64,000 nucleotides of DNA. Source: Macrostomum hystrix (lineage: Eukaryota > Animalia > Platyhelminthes). The stretch is from positions 5,890,001 to 5,954,000 of the forward strand of contig CATNEN010000007.1 in assembly GCA_950097015.1 (NCBI GenBank), in the 5' to 3' direction. This document shows positions 25,414-40,949 of the stretch, one piece after another (within the stretch, counting starts at the first letter, position 1; every line of letters begins with the position of its first letter). A program made the translations under genes and the position numbers. The notes below the pieces were generated by a model. It was not told the origin of the DNA. It ran no database searches and worked only from the letters and a program-made list of their open reading frames with translations.

Positions 25414-27085
25414 CGCAGCAGTGATGAATGCTGCCTCAATATCCTCTTGGCACTGAAATTTGACGCAAAAATTCAAATTCTAACTCTGTTTCAGCTGCCG
25501 GAGTTAGTCACGTCGGCTGCTTCAAGGACAATGGAAACCGAGATCTGCCCGTAGTGTACACTGCCGGCTACCAGACATCAAAGGCATTCTGCTTCCGCTA
25601 CTGTCGCAGCCGAGGCTACAGGTACTTTGGCCTGCAGAACGGCAACCAGTGCACTTGTGGAAACACCGTCGGCCGGTACGGCAGAGCAGCGAGCAAGGAT
25701 TGTCGGTCTAAATGCTCGGGTGATAAGAGTACAATGTGCGGCGGCCCATGGAGGAACGATGTATTCACTACTGGACTGAAGCCCAAGAGTGTCAAGAGTA
25801 AGTAATGCCGCTAGTGAGCAGCTAAGAGCTCGAATTTGGTTTAGTGTGAATTTACTAGAGTCTGCTCTCTGCTTTCTGATTGAGCTTCGCTTTCTCAGTG
25901 TTGTCGTGTCTATGAAGACGCGTGTCACAATGCATGTAGGCTATAGCTGTGTGCTCAATAACCTTCCTTGGTCTTGTGAATTTTGCAGCACCGGGTCTGT
26001 CGCACATTGGCTGCTTCATTGATGGCGGAACTCGCGACCTGACGACGCTTGGTGGCAGGGGCAGCATGTCGGTCGGAAAGTGCTACAGACTGTGCAGAAG
26101 CAAGAAGTTCAAGTTCTTTGGAGTCCAGGCTGGAAACGAGTGCTGGTGCGGCAACCACTACGGACGGTATGGCCGACGCGACAAGCGCGAGTGCCGATCG
26201 CAGTGCAACGGAGACAAGACAACCTATTGCGGCGGCGGCTGGAGAAACGACGTGTACGCCACTGGACTGGAGGAGCACGCCGTCGGAGTGAGCTTCCTTG
26301 GCTGCTTCCGCGACAATGGTCATCGCGACTTGCCTGTTGTGCACAATGCCAACCACGAGACCACAAAGGCATACTGTCTGAACTTCTGCAAGGCTCGGGG
26401 CTACAGGTACTTTGGACTGCAGGCTGGATCCCAGTGCACGTGCGGCAACAAGTATGGCAACTTTGGTCGAGTGGCCGTAAAGGAGTGCAGCACACGATGC
26501 CGAGGCGACAACAGACGAACCTGCGGTGGCAGCTGGAGGAACGCAGTCTACTCGACTGGAATCGGCAGCAGGGCTGTTAAACGTGAGCTTTTGTTGCAGC
26601 AGGGTGAAACCAGTAGGGCGTTGCATTTTAGCGTTTAACTACAGAGAACTCCGTTTCTAGGAAGAAGAGTAATGTATAAAACCTCAATCTGACACCGAAT
26701 GACGCTTTTCAGTGGCTGGAGTGAAGCATCTCGGCTGCTATCTGGACAGGGGTGCAAGAGACCTCAGCAGTCGCGTCATCTCCGGATCCGTCACTGTGCC
26801 AAAGTGCTACAATGCGTGCAAGCGCCGCAACTACCGCTTCTTTGGCGTACAGGCAGGCAGCGAGTGCTGGTGCGGAAACCACTACGGCCGATACAGCATC
26901 CGGTCGAACCTCGAGTGCAGGTCACAGTGCAGAGGAGACAAGTCGACCTACTGTGGCGGCGCATGGAGAAACAATGTGTACACCACTGGCGTCGTGGTGG
27001 CCAGCAAAGGTGAGCGGTAGTTGCTGCCAGCTTACATTAGGTTTTCTGTTCGATTTAGCCCGAAGAGACACAGCAGCAGCAGCAG

Positions 27086-27138
<53 letters not shown>

Positions 27139-28809
27139 GCAGCAGTGATGAATGCTGCCTCAATATCCTCTTGGCACTGAAATTTGACGCAAAAATTCAA
27201 ATTCTAACTCTGTTTCAGCTGCCGGAGTTAGTCACGTCGGCTGCTTCAAGGACAATGGAAACCGAGATCTGCCCGTAGTGTACACTGCCGGCTACCAGAC
27301 ATCAAAGGCATTCTGCTTCCGCTACTGTCGCAGCCGAGGCTACAGGTACTTTGGCCTGCAGAACGGCAACCAGTGCACTTGTGGAAACACCGTCGGCCGG
27401 TACGGCAGAGCAGCGAGCAAGGATTGTCGGTCTAAATGCTCGGGTGATAAGAGTACAATGTGCGGCGGCCCATGGAGGAACGATGTATTCACTACTGGAC
27501 TGAAGCCCAAGAGTGTCAAGAGTAAGTAATGCCGCTAGTGAGCAGCTAAGAGCTCGAATTTGGTTTAGTGTGAATTTACTAGAGTCTGCTCTCTGCTTTC
27601 TGATTGAGCTTCGCTTTCTCAGTGTTGTCGTGTCTATGAAGACGCGTGTCACAATGCATGTAGGCTATAGCTGTGTGCTCAATAACCTTCCTTGGTCTTG
27701 TGAATTTTGCAGCACCGGGTCTGTCGCACATTGGCTGCTTCATTGATGGCGGAACTCGCGACCTGACGACGCTTGGTGGCAGGGGCAGCATGTCGGTCGG
27801 AAAGTGCTACAGACTGTGCAGAAGCAAGAAGTTCAAGTTCTTTGGAGTCCAGGCTGGAAACGAGTGCTGGTGCGGCAACCACTACGGACGGTATGGCCGA
27901 CGCGACAAGCGCGAGTGCCGATCGCAGTGCAACGGAGACAAGACAACCTATTGCGGCGGCGGCTGGAGAAACGACGTGTACGCCACTGGACTGGAGGAGC
28001 ACGCCGTCGGAGTGAGCTTCCTTGGCTGCTTCCGCGACAATGGTCATCGCGACTTGCCTGTTGTGCACAATGCCAACCACGAGACCACAAAGGCATACTG
28101 TCTGAACTTCTGCAAGGCTCGGGGCTACAGGTACTTTGGACTGCAGGCTGGATCCCAGTGCACGTGCGGCAACAAGTATGGCAACTTTGGTCGAGTGGCC
28201 GTAAAGGAGTGCAGCACACGATGCCGAGGCGACAACAGACGAACCTGCGGTGGCAGCTGGAGGAACGCAGTCTACTCGACTGGAATCGGCAGCAGGGCTG
28301 TTAAACGTGAGCTTTTGTTGCAGCAGGGTGAAACCAGTAGGGCGTTGCATTTTAGCGTTTAACTACAGAGAACTCCGTTTCTAGGAAGAAGAGTAATGTA
28401 TAAAACCTCAATCTGACACCGAATGACGCTTTTCAGTGGCCGGAGTGAAGCATCTCGGCTGCTATCTGGACAGGGGTGCAAGAGACCTCAGCAGTCGCGT
28501 CATCTCCGGATCCGTCACTGTGCCAAAGTGCTACAATGCGTGCAAGCGCCGCAACTACCGCTTCTTTGGCGTACAGGCAGGCAGCGAGTGCTGGTGCGGA
28601 AACCACTACGGCCGATACAGCATCCGGTCGAACCTCGAGTGCAGGTCACAGTGCAGAGGAGACAAGTCGACCTACTGTGGCGGCGCATGGAGAAACAATG
28701 TGTACACCACTGGCGTCGTGGTGGCCAGCAAAGGTGAGCGGTAGTTGCTGCCAGCTTACATTAGGTTTTCTGTTCGATTTAGCCCGAAGAGACACAGCAG
28801 CAGCAGCAG

Positions 28810-28889
<80 letters not shown>

Positions 28890-30560
28890 GCAGCAGTGAT
28901 GAATGCTGCCTCAATATCCTCTTGGCACTGAAATTTGACGCAAAAATTCAAATTCTAACTCTGTTTCAGCTGCCGGAGTTAGTCACGTCGGCTGCTTCAA
29001 GGACAATGGAAACCGAGATCTGCCCGTAGTGTACACTGCCGGCTACCAGACATCAAAGGCATTCTGCTTCCGCTACTGTCGCAGCCGAGGCTACAGGTAC
29101 TTTGGCCTGCAGAACGGCAACCAGTGCACTTGTGGAAACACCGTCGGCCGGTACGGCAGAGCAGCGAGCAAGGATTGTCGGTCTAAATGCTCGGGTGATA
29201 AGAGTACAATGTGCGGCGGCCCATGGAGGAACGATGTATTCACTACTGGACTGAAGCCCAAGAGTGTCAAGAGTAAGTAATGCCGCTAGTGAGCAGCTAA
29301 GAGCTCGAATTTGGTTTAGTGTGAATTTACTAGAGTCTGCTCTCTGCTTTCTGATTGAGCTTCGCTTTCTCAGTGTTGTTGTGTCTATGAAGACGCGTGT
29401 CACAATGCATGTAGGCTATAGCTGTGTGCTCAATAACCTTCCTTGGTCTTGTGAATTTTGCAGCACCGGGTCTGTCGCACATTGGCTGCTTCATTGATGG
29501 CGGAACTCGCGACCTGACGACGCTTGGTGGCAGGGGCAGCATGTCGGTCGGAAAGTGCTACAGACTGTGCAGAAGCAAGAAGTTCAAGTTCTTTGGAGTC
29601 CAGGCTGGAAACGAGTGCTGGTGCGGCAACCACTACGGACGGTATGGCCGACGCGACAAGCGCGAGTGCCGATCGCAGTGCAACGGAGACAAGACAACCT
29701 ATTGCGGCGGCGGCTGGAGAAACGACGTGTACGCCACTGGACTGGAGGAGCACGCCGTCGGAGTGAGCTTCCTTGGCTGCTTCCGCGACAATGGTCATCG
29801 CGACTTGCCTGTTGTGCACAATGCCAACCACGAGACCACAAAGGCATACTGTCTGAACTTCTGCAAGGCTCGGGGCTACAGGTACTTTGGACTGCAGGCT
29901 GGATCCCAGTGCACGTGCGGCAACAAGTATGGCAACTTTGGTCGAGTGGCCGTAAAGGAGTGCAGCACACGATGCCGAGGCGACAACAGACGAACCTGCG
30001 GTGGCAGCTGGAGGAACGCAGTCTACTCGACTGGAATCGGCAGCAGGGCTGTTAAACGTGAGCTTTTGTTGCAGCAGGGTGAAACCAGTAGGGCGTTGCA
30101 TTTTAGCGTTTAACTACAGAGAACTCCGTTTCTAGGAAGAAGAGTAATGTATAAAACCTCAATCTGACACCGAATGACGCTTTTCAGTGGCCGGAGTGAA
30201 GCATCTCGGCTGCTATCTGGACAGGGGTGCAAGAGACCTCAGCAGTCGCGTCATCTCCGGATCCGTCACTGTGCCAAAGTGCTACAATGCGTGCAAGCGC
30301 CGCAACTACCGCTTCTTTGGCGTACAGGCAGGCAGCGAGTGCTGGTGCGGAAACCACTACGGCCGATACAGCATCCGGTCGAACCTCGAGTGCAGGTCAC
30401 AGTGCAGAGGAGACAAGTCGACCTACTGTGGCGGCGCATGGAGAAACAATGTGTACACCACTGGCGTCGTGGTGGCCAGCAAAGGTGAGCGGTAGTTGCT
30501 GCCAGCTTACATTAGGTTTTCTGTTCGATTTAGCCCGAAGAGACACAGCAGCAGCAGCAG

Positions 30561-30594
<34 letters not shown>

Positions 30595-32266
30595 CGCAGC
30601 AGTGATGAATGCTGCCTCAATATCCTCTTGGCACTGAAATTTGACGCAAAAATTCAAATTCTAACTCTGTTTCAGCTGCCGGAGTTAGTCACGTCGGCTG
30701 CTTCAAGGACAATGGAAACCGAGATCTGCCCGTAGTGTACACTGCCGGCTACCAGACATCAAAGGCATTCTGCTTCCGCTACTGTCGCAGCCGAGGCTAC
30801 AGGTACTTTGGCCTGCAGAACGGCAACCAGTGCACTTGTGGAAACACCGTCGGCCGGTACGGCAGAGCAGCGAGCAAGGATTGTCGGTCTAAATGCTCGG
30901 GTGATAAGAGTACAATGTGCGGCGGCCCATGGAGGAACGATGTGTTCACTACTGGACTGAAGCCCAAGAGTGTCAAGAGTAAGTAATGCCGCTAGTGAGC
31001 AGCTAAGAGCTCGAATTTGGTTTAGTGTGAATTTACTAGAGTCTGCTCTCTGCTTTCTGATTGAGCTTCGCTTTCTCAGTGTTGTTGTGTCTATGAAGAC
31101 GCGTGTCACAATGCATGTAGGCTATAGCTGTGTGCTCAATAACCTTCCTTGGTCTTGTGAATTTTGCAGCACCGGGTCTGTCGCACATTGGCTGCTTCAT
31201 TGATGGCGGAACTCGCGACCTGACGACGCTTGGTGGCAGGGGCAGCATGTCGGTCGGAAAGTGCTACAGACTGTGCAGAAGCAAGAAGTTCAAGTTCTTT
31301 GGAGTCCAGGCTGGAAACGAGTGCTGGTGCGGCAACCACTACGGACGGTATGGCCGACGCGACAAGCGCGAGTGCCGATCGCAGTGCAACGGAGACAAGA
31401 CAACCTATTGCGGCGGCGGCTGGAGAAACGACGTGTACGCCACTGGACTGGAGGAGCACGCCGTCGGAGTGAGCTTCCTTGGCTGCTTCCGCGACAATGG
31501 TCATCGCGACTTGCCTGTTGTGCACAATGCCAACCACGAGACCACAAAGGCATACTGTCTGAACTTCTGCAAGGCTCGGGGCTACAGGTACTTTGGACTG
31601 CAGGCTGGATCCCAGTGCACGTGCGGCAACAAGTATGGCAACTTTGGTCGAGTGGCCGTAAAGGAGTGCAGCACACGATGCCGAGGCGACAACAGACGAA
31701 CCTGCGGTGGCAGCTGGAGGAACGCAGTCTACTCGACTGGAATCGGCAGCAGGGCTGTTAAACGTGAGCTTTTGTTGCAGCAGGGTGAAACCAGTAGGGC
31801 GTTGCATTTTAGCGTTTAACTACAGAGAACTCCGTTTCTAGGAAGAAGAGTAATGTATAAAACCTCAATCTGACACCGAATGACGCTTTTCAGTGGCCGG
31901 AGTGAAGCATCTCGGCTGCTATCTGGACAGGGGTGCAAGAGACCTCAGCAGTCGCGTCATCTCCGGATCCGTCACTGTGCCAAAGTGCTACAATGCGTGC
32001 AAGCGCCGCAACTACCGCTTCTTTGGCGTACAGGCAGGCAGCGAGTGCTGGTGCGGAAACCACTACGGCCGATACAGCATCCGGTCGAACCTCGAGTGCA
32101 GGTCACAGTGCAGAGGAGACAAGTCGACCTACTGTGGCGGCGCATGGAGAAACAATGTGTACACCACTGGCGTCGTGGTGGCCAGCAAAGGTGAGCGGTA
32201 GTTGCTGCCAGCTTACATTAGGTTTTCTGTTCGATTTAGCCCGAAGAGACACAGCAGCAGCAGCAG

Positions 32267-32346
<80 letters not shown>

Positions 32347-34017
32347 GCAGCAGTGATGAATGCTGCCTCAATATCCTCTTGGCACTGAAATTTGACGCAA
32401 AAATTCAAATTCTAACTCTGTTTCAGCTGCCGGAGTTAGTCACGTCGGCTGCTTCAAGGACAATGGAAACCGAGATCTGCCCGTAGTGTACACTGCCGGC
32501 TACCAGACATCAAAGGCATTCTGCTTCCGCTACTGTCGCAGCCGAGGCTACAGGTACTTTGGCCTGCAGAACGGCAACCAGTGCACTTGTGGAAACACCG
32601 TCGGCCGGTACGGCAGAGCAGCGAGCAAGGATTGTCGGTCTAAATGCTCGGGTGATAAGAGTACAATGTGCGGCGGCCCATGGAGGAACGATGTATTCAC
32701 TACTGGACTGAAGCCCAAGAGTGTCAAGAGTAAGTAATGCCGCTAGTGAGCAGCTAAGAGCTCGAATTTGGTTTAGTGTGAATTTACTAGAGTCTGCTCT
32801 CTGCTTTCTGATTGAGCTTCGCTTTCTCAGTGTTGTCGTGTCTATGAAGACGCGTGTCACAATGCATGTAGGCTATAGCTGTGTGCTCAATAACCTTCCT
32901 TGGTCTTGTGAATTTTGCAGCACCGGGTCTGTCGCACATTGGCTGCTTCATTGATGGCGGAACTCGCGACCTGACGACGCTTGGTGGCAGGGGCAGCATG
33001 TCGGTCGGAAAGTGCTACAGACTGTGCAGAAGCAAGAAGTTCAAGTTCTTTGGAGTCCAGGCTGGAAACGAGTGCTGGTGCGGCAACCACTACGGACGGT
33101 ATGGCCGACGCGACAAGCGCGAGTGCCGATCGCAGTGCAACGGAGACAAGACAACCTATTGCGGCGGCGGCTGGAGAAACGACGTGTACGCCACTGGACT
33201 GGAGGAGCACGCCGTCGGAGTGAGCTTCCTTGGCTGCTTCCGCGACAATGGTCATCGCGACTTGCCTGTTGTGCACAATGCCAACCACGAGACCACAAAG
33301 GCATACTGTCTGAACTTCTGCAAGGCTCGGGGCTACAGGTACTTTGGACTGCAGGCTGGATCCCAGTGCACGTGCGGCAACAAGTATGGCAACTTTGGTC
33401 GAGTGGCCGTAAAGGAGTGCAGCACACGATGCCGAGGCGACAACAGACGAACCTGCGGTGGCAGCTGGAGGAACGCAGTCTACTCGACTGGAATCGGCAG
33501 CAGGGCTGTTAAACGTGAGCTTTTGTTGCAGCAGGGTGAAACCAGTAGGGCGTTGCATTTTAGCGTTTAACTACAGAGAACTCCGTTTCTAGGAAGAAGA
33601 GTAATGTATAAAACCTCAATCTGACACCGAATGACGCTTTTCAGTGGCCGGAGTGAAGCATCTCGGCTGCTATCTGGACAGGGGTGCAAGAGACCTCAGC
33701 AGTCGCGTCATCTCCGGATCCGTCACTGTGCCAAAGTGCTACAATGCGTGCAAGCGCCGCAACTACCGCTTCTTTGGCGTACAGGCAGGCAGCGAGTGCT
33801 GGTGCGGAAACCACTACGGCCGATACAGCATCCGGTCGAACCTCGAGTGCAGGTCACAGTGCAGAGGAGACAAGTCGACCTACTGTGGCGGCGCATGGAG
33901 AAACAATGTGTACACCACTGGCGTCGTGGTGGCCAGCAAAGGTGAGCGGTAGTTGCTGCCAGCTTACATTAGGTTTTCTGTTCGATTTAGCCCGAAGAGA
34001 CACAGCAGCAGCAGCAG

Positions 34018-34051
<34 letters not shown>

Positions 34052-35723
34052 CGCAGCAGTGATGAATGCTGCCTCAATATCCTCTTGGCACTGAAATTTG
34101 ACGCAAAAATTCAAATTCTAACTCTGTTTCAGCTGCCGGAGTTAGTCACGTCGGCTGCTTCAAGGACAATGGAAACCGAGATCTGCCCGTAGTGTACACT
34201 GCCGGCTACCAGACATCAAAGGCATTCTGCTTCCGCTACTGTCGCAGCCGAGGCTACAGGTACTTTGGCCTGCAGAACGGCAACCAGTGCACTTGTGGAA
34301 ACACCGTCGGCCGGTACGGCAGAGCAGCGAGCAAGGATTGTCGGTCTAAATGCTCGGGTGATAAGAGTACAATGTGCGGCGGCCCATGGAGGAACGATGT
34401 ATTCACTACTGGACTGAAGCCCAAGAGTGTCAAGAGTAAGTAATGCCGCTAGTGAGCAGCTAAGAGCTCGAATTTGGTTTAGTGTGAATTTACTAGAGTC
34501 TGCTCTCTGCTTTCTGATTGAGCTTCGCTTTCTCAGTGTTGTCGTGTCTATGAAGACGCGTGTCACAATGCATGTAGGCTATAGCTGTGTGCTCAATAAC
34601 CTTCCTTGGTCTTGTGAATTTTGCAGCACCGGGTCTGTCGCACATTGGCTGCTTCATTGATGGCGGAACTCGCGACCTGACGACGCTTGGTGGCAGGGGC
34701 AGCATGTCGGTCGGAAAGTGCTACAGACTGTGCAGAAGCAAGAAGTTCAAGTTCTTTGGAGTCCAGGCTGGAAACGAGTGCTGGTGCGGCAACCACTACG
34801 GACGGTATGGCCGACGCGACAAGCGCGAGTGCCGATCGCAGTGCAACGGAGACAAGACAACCTATTGCGGCGGCGGCTGGAGAAACGACGTGTACGCCAC
34901 TGGACTGGAGGAGCACGCCGTCGGAGTGAGCTTCCTTGGCTGCTTCCGCGACAATGGTCATCGCGACTTGCCTGTTGTGCACAATGCCAACCACGAGACC
35001 ACAAAGGCATACTGTCTGAACTTCTGCAAGGCTCGGGGCTACAGGTACTTTGGACTGCAGGCTGGATCCCAGTGCACGTGCGGCAACAAGTATGGCAACT
35101 TTGGTCGAGTGGCCGTAAAGGAGTGCAGCACACGATGCCGAGGCGACAACAGACGAACCTGCGGTGGCAGCTGGAGGAACGCAGTCTACTCGACTGGAAT
35201 CGGCAGCAGGGCTGTTAAACGTGAGCTTTTGTTGCAGCAGGGTGAAACCAGTAGGGCGTTGCATTTTAGCGTTTAACTACAGAGAACTCCGTTTCTAGGA
35301 AGAAGAGTAATGTATAAAACCTCAATCTGACACCGAATGACGCTTTTCAGTGGCCGGAGTGAAGCATCTCGGCTGCTATCTGGACAGGGGTGCAAGAGAC
35401 CTCAGCAGTCGCGTCATCTCCGGATCCGTCACTGTGCCAAAGTGCTACAATGCGTGCAAGCGCCGCAACTACCGCTTCTTTGGCGTACAGGCAGGCAGCG
35501 AGTGCTGGTGCGGAAACCACTACGGCCGATACAGCATCCGGTCGAACCTCGAGTGCAGGTCACAGTGCAGAGGAGACAAGTCGACCTACTGTGGCGGCGC
35601 ATGGAGAAACAATGTGTACACCACTGGCGTCGTGGTGGCCAGCAAAGGTGAGCGGTAGTTGCTGCCAGCTTACATTAGGTTTTCTGTTCGATTTAGCCCG
35701 AAGAGACACAGCAGCAGCAGCAG

Positions 35724-35776
<53 letters not shown>

Positions 35777-37447
35777 GCAGCAGTGATGAATGCTGCCTCA
35801 ATATCCTCTTGGCACTGAAATTTGACGCAAAAATTCAAATTCTAACTCTGTTTCAGCTGCCGGAGTTAGTCACGTCGGCTGCTTCAAGGACAATGGAAAC
35901 CGAGATCTGCCCGTAGTGTACACTGCCGGCTACCAGACATCAAAGGCATTCTGCTTCCGCTACTGTCGCAGCCGAGGCTACAGGTACTTTGGCCTGCAGA
36001 ACGGCAACCAGTGCACTTGTGGAAACACCGTCGGCCGGTACGGCAGAGCAGCGAGCAAGGATTGTCGGTCTAAATGCTCGGGTGATAAGAGTACAATGTG
36101 CGGCGGCCCATGGAGGAACGATGTATTCACTACTGGACTGAAGCCCAAGAGTGTCAAGAGTAAGTAATGCCGCTAGTGAGCAGCTAAGAGCTCGAATTTG
36201 GTTTAGTGTGAATTTACTAGAGTCTGCTCTCTGCTTTCTGATTGAGCTTCGCTTTCTCAGTGTTGTTGTGTCTATGAAGACGCGTGTCACAATGCATGTA
36301 GGCTATAGCTGTGTGCTCAATAACCTTCCTTGGTCTTGTGAATTTTGCAGCACCGGGTCTGTCGCACATTGGCTGCTTCATTGATGGCGGAACTCGCGAC
36401 CTGACGACGCTTGGTGGCAGGGGCAGCATGTCGGTCGGAAAGTGCTACAGACTGTGCAGAAGCAAGAAGTTCAAGTTCTTTGGAGTCCAGGCTGGAAACG
36501 AGTGCTGGTGCGGCAACCACTACGGACGGTATGGCCGACGCGACAAGCGCGAGTGCCGATCGCAGTGCAACGGAGACAAGACAACCTATTGCGGCGGCGG
36601 CTGGAGAAACGACGTGTACGCCACTGGACTGGAGGAGCACGCCGTCGGAGTGAGCTTCCTTGGCTGCTTCCGCGACAATGGTCATCGCGACTTGCCTGTT
36701 GTGCACAATGCCAACCACGAGACCACAAAGGCATACTGTCTGAACTTCTGCAAGGCTCGGGGCTACAGGTACTTTGGACTGCAGGCTGGATCCCAGTGCA
36801 CGTGCGGCAACAAGTATGGCAACTTTGGTCGAGTGGCCGTAAAGGAGTGCAGCACACGATGCCGAGGCGACAACAGACGAACCTGCGGTGGCAGCTGGAG
36901 GAACGCAGTCTACTCGACTGGAATCGGCAGCAGGGCTGTTAAACGTGAGCTTTTGTTGCAGCAGGGTGAAACCAGTAGGGCGTTGCATTTTAGCGTTTAA
37001 CTACAGAGAACTCCGTTTCTAGGAAGAAGAGTAATGTATAAAACCTCAATCTGACACCGAATGACGCTTTTCAGTGGCTGGAGTGAAGCATCTCGGCTGC
37101 TATCTGGACAGGGGTGCAAGAGACCTCAGCAGTCGCGTCATCTCCGGATCCGTCACTGTGCCAAAGTGCTACAATGCGTGCAAGCGCCGCAACTACCGCT
37201 TCTTTGGCGTACAGGCAGGCAGCGAGTGCTGGTGCGGAAACCACTACGGCCGATACAGCATCCGGTCGAACCTCGAGTGCAGGTCACAGTGCAGAGGAGA
37301 CAAGTCGACCTACTGTGGCGGCGCATGGAGAAACAATGTGTACACCACTGGCGTCGTGGTGGCCAGCAAAGGTGAGCGGTAGTTGCTGCCAGCTTACATT
37401 AGGTTTTCTGTTCGATTTAGCCCGAAGAGACACAGCAGCAGCAGCAG

Positions 37448-37500
<53 letters not shown>

Positions 37501-39172
37501 GCAGCAGTGATGAATGCTGCCTCAATATCCTCTTGGCACTGAAATTTGACGCAAAAATTCAAATTCTAACTCTGTTTCAGCTGCCGGAGTTAGTCACGTC
37601 GGCTGCTTCAAGGACAATGGAAACCGAGATCTGCCCGTAGTGTACACTGCCGGCTACCAGACATCAAAGGCATTCTGCTTCCGCTACTGTCGCAGCCGAG
37701 GCTACAGGTACTTTGGCCTGCAGAACGGCAACCAGTGCACTTGTGGAAACACCGTCGGCCGGTACGGCAGAGCAGCGAGCAAGGATTGTCGGTCTAAATG
37801 CTCGGGTGATAAGAGTACAATGTGCGGCGGCCCATGGAGGAACGATGTATTCACTACTGGACTGAAGCCCAAGAGTGTCAAGAGTAAGTAATGCCGCTAG
37901 TGAGCAGCTAAGAGCTCGAATTTGGTTTAGTGTGAATTTACTAGAGTCTGCTCTCTGCTTTCTGATTGAGCTTCGCTTTCTCAGTGTTGTTGTGTCTATG
38001 AAGACGCGTGTCACAATGCATGTAGGCTATAGCTGTGTGCTCAATAACCTTCCTTGGTCTTGTGAATTTTGCAGCACCGGGTCTGTCGCACATTGGCTGC
38101 TTCATTGATGGCGGAACTCGCGACCTGACGACGCTTGGTGGCAGGGGCAGCATGTCGGTCGGAAAGTGCTACAGACTGTGCAGAAGCAAGAAGTTCAAGT
38201 TCTTTGGAGTCCAGGCTGGAAACGAGTGCTGGTGCGGCAACCACTACGGACGGTATGGCCGACGCGACAAGCGCGAGTGCCGATCGCAGTGCAACGGAGA
38301 CAAGACAACCTATTGCGGCGGCGGCTGGAGAAACGACGTGTACGCCACTGGACTGGAGGAGCACGCCGTCGGAGTGAGCTTCCTTGGCTGCTTCCGCGAC
38401 AATGGTCATCGCGACTTGCCTGTTGTGCACAATGCCAACCACGAGACCACAAAGGCATACTGTCTGAACTTCTGCAAGGCTCGGGGCTACAGGTACTTTG
38501 GACTGCAGGCTGGATCCCAGTGCACGTGCGGCAACAAGTATGGCAACTTTGGTCGAGTGGCCGTAAAGGAGTGCAGCACACGATGCCGAGGCGACAACAG
38601 ACGAACCTGCGGTGGCAGCTGGAGGAACGCAGTCTACTTGACTGGAATCGGCAGCAGGGCTGTTAAACGTGAGCTTTTGTTGCAGCAGGGTGAAACCAGT
38701 AGCGCGTTGCATTTTTAGCGTTTAACTACAGAGAACTCCGTTTCTAGGAAGAAGAGTAATGTATAAAACCTCAATCTGACACCGAATGACGCTTTTCAGT
38801 GGCTGGAGTGAAGCATCTCGGCTGCTATCTGGACAGGGGTGCAAGAGACCTCAGCAGTCGCGTCATCTCCGGATCCGTCACTGTGCCAAAGTGCTACAAT
38901 GCGTGCAAGCGCCGCAACTACCGCTTCTTTGGCGTACAGGCAGGCAGCGAGTGCTGGTGCGGAAACCACTACGGCCGATACAGCATCCGGTCGAACCTCG
39001 AGTGCAGGTCACAGTGCAGAGGAGACAAGTCGACCTACTGTGGCGGCGCATGGAGAAACAATGTGTACACCACTGGCGTCGTGGTGGCCAGCAAAGGTGA
39101 GCGGTAGTTGCTGCCAGCTTACATTAGGTTTTCTGTTCGATTTAGCCCGAAGAGACACAGCAGCAGCAGCAG

Positions 39173-39225
<53 letters not shown>

Positions 39226-40896
39226 GCAGCAGTGATGAATGCTGCCTCAATATCCTCTTGGCACTGAAATTTGACGCAAAAATTCAAATTCTAACTCTGT
39301 TTCAGCTGCCGGAGTTAGTCACGTCGGCTGCTTCAAGGACAATGGAAACCGAGATCTGCCCGTAGTGTACACTGCCGGCTACCAGACATCAAAGGCATTC
39401 TGCTTCCGCTACTGTCGCAGCCGAGGCTACAGGTACTTTGGCCTGCAGAACGGCAACCAGTGCACTTGTGGAAACACCGTCGGCCGGTACGGCAGAGCAG
39501 CGAGCAAGGATTGTCGGTCTAAATGCTCGGGTGATAAGAGTACAATGTGCGGCGGCCCATGGAGGAACGATGTATTCACTACTGGACTGAAGCCCAAGAG
39601 TGTCAAGAGTAAGTAATGCCGCTAGTGAGCAGCTAAGAGCTCGAATTTGGTTTAGTGTGAATTTACTAGAGTCTGCTCTCTGCTTTCTGATTGAGCTTCG
39701 CTTTCTCAGTGTTGTTGTGTCTATGAAGACGCGTGTCACAATGCATGTAGGCTATAGCTGTGTGCTCAATAACCTTCCTTGGTCTTGTGAATTTTGCAGC
39801 ACCGGGTCTGTCGCACATTGGCTGCTTCATTGATGGCGGAACTCGCGACCTGACGACGCTTGGTGGCAGGGGCAGCATGTCGGTCGGAAAGTGCTACAGA
39901 CTGTGCAGAAGCAAGAAGTTCAAGTTCTTTGGAGTCCAGGCTGGAAACGAGTGCTGGTGCGGCAACCACTACGGACGGTATGGCCGACGCGACAAGCGCG
40001 AGTGCCGATCGCAGTGCAACGGAGACAAGACAACCTATTGCGGCGGCGGCTGGAGAAACGACGTGTACGCCACTGGACTGGAGGAGCACGCCGTCGGAGT
40101 GAGCTTCCTTGGCTGCTTCCGCGACAATGGTCATCGCGACTTGCCTGTTGTGCACAATGCCAACCACGAGACCACAAAGGCATACTGTCTGAACTTCTGC
40201 AAGGCTCGGGGCTACAGGTACTTTGGACTGCAGGCTGGATCCCAGTGCACGTGCGGCAACAAGTATGGCAACTTTGGTCGAGTGGCCGTAAAGGAGTGCA
40301 GCACACGATGCCGAGGCGACAACAGACGAACCTGCGGTGGCAGCTGGAGGAACGCAGTCTACTCGACTGGAATCGGCAGCAGGGCTGTTAAACGTGAGCT
40401 TTTGTTGCAGCAGGGTGAAACCAGTAGGGCGTTGCATTTTAGCGTTTAACTACAGAGAACTCCGTTTCTAGGAAGAAGAGTAATGTATAAAACCTCAATC
40501 TGACACCGAATGACGCTTTTCAGTGGCCGGAGTGAAGCATCTCGGCTGCTATCTGGACAGGGGTGCAAGAGACCTCAGCAGTCGCGTCATCTCCGGATCC
40601 GTCACTGTGCCAAAGTGCTACAATGCGTGCAAGCGCCGCAACTACCGCTTCTTTGGCGTACAGGCAGGCAGCGAGTGCTGGTGCGGAAACCACTACGGCC
40701 GATACAGCATCCGGTCGAACCTCGAGTGCAGGTCACAGTGCAGAGGAGACAAGTCGACCTACTGTGGCGGCGCATGGAGAAACAATGTGTACACCACTGG
40801 CGTCGTGGTGGCCAGCAAAGGTGAGCGGTAGTTGCTGCCAGCTTACATTAGGTTTTCTGTTCGATTTAGCCCGAAGAGACACAGCAGCAGCAGCAG

Positions 40897-40949
<53 letters not shown>

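Noticed and set aside
27021-27278. Poly-Ser / poly-Ala ORFs recurring in each array unit
   Set aside because: Intronic CAG/TAG microsatellite between a clear donor (27010) and acceptor.
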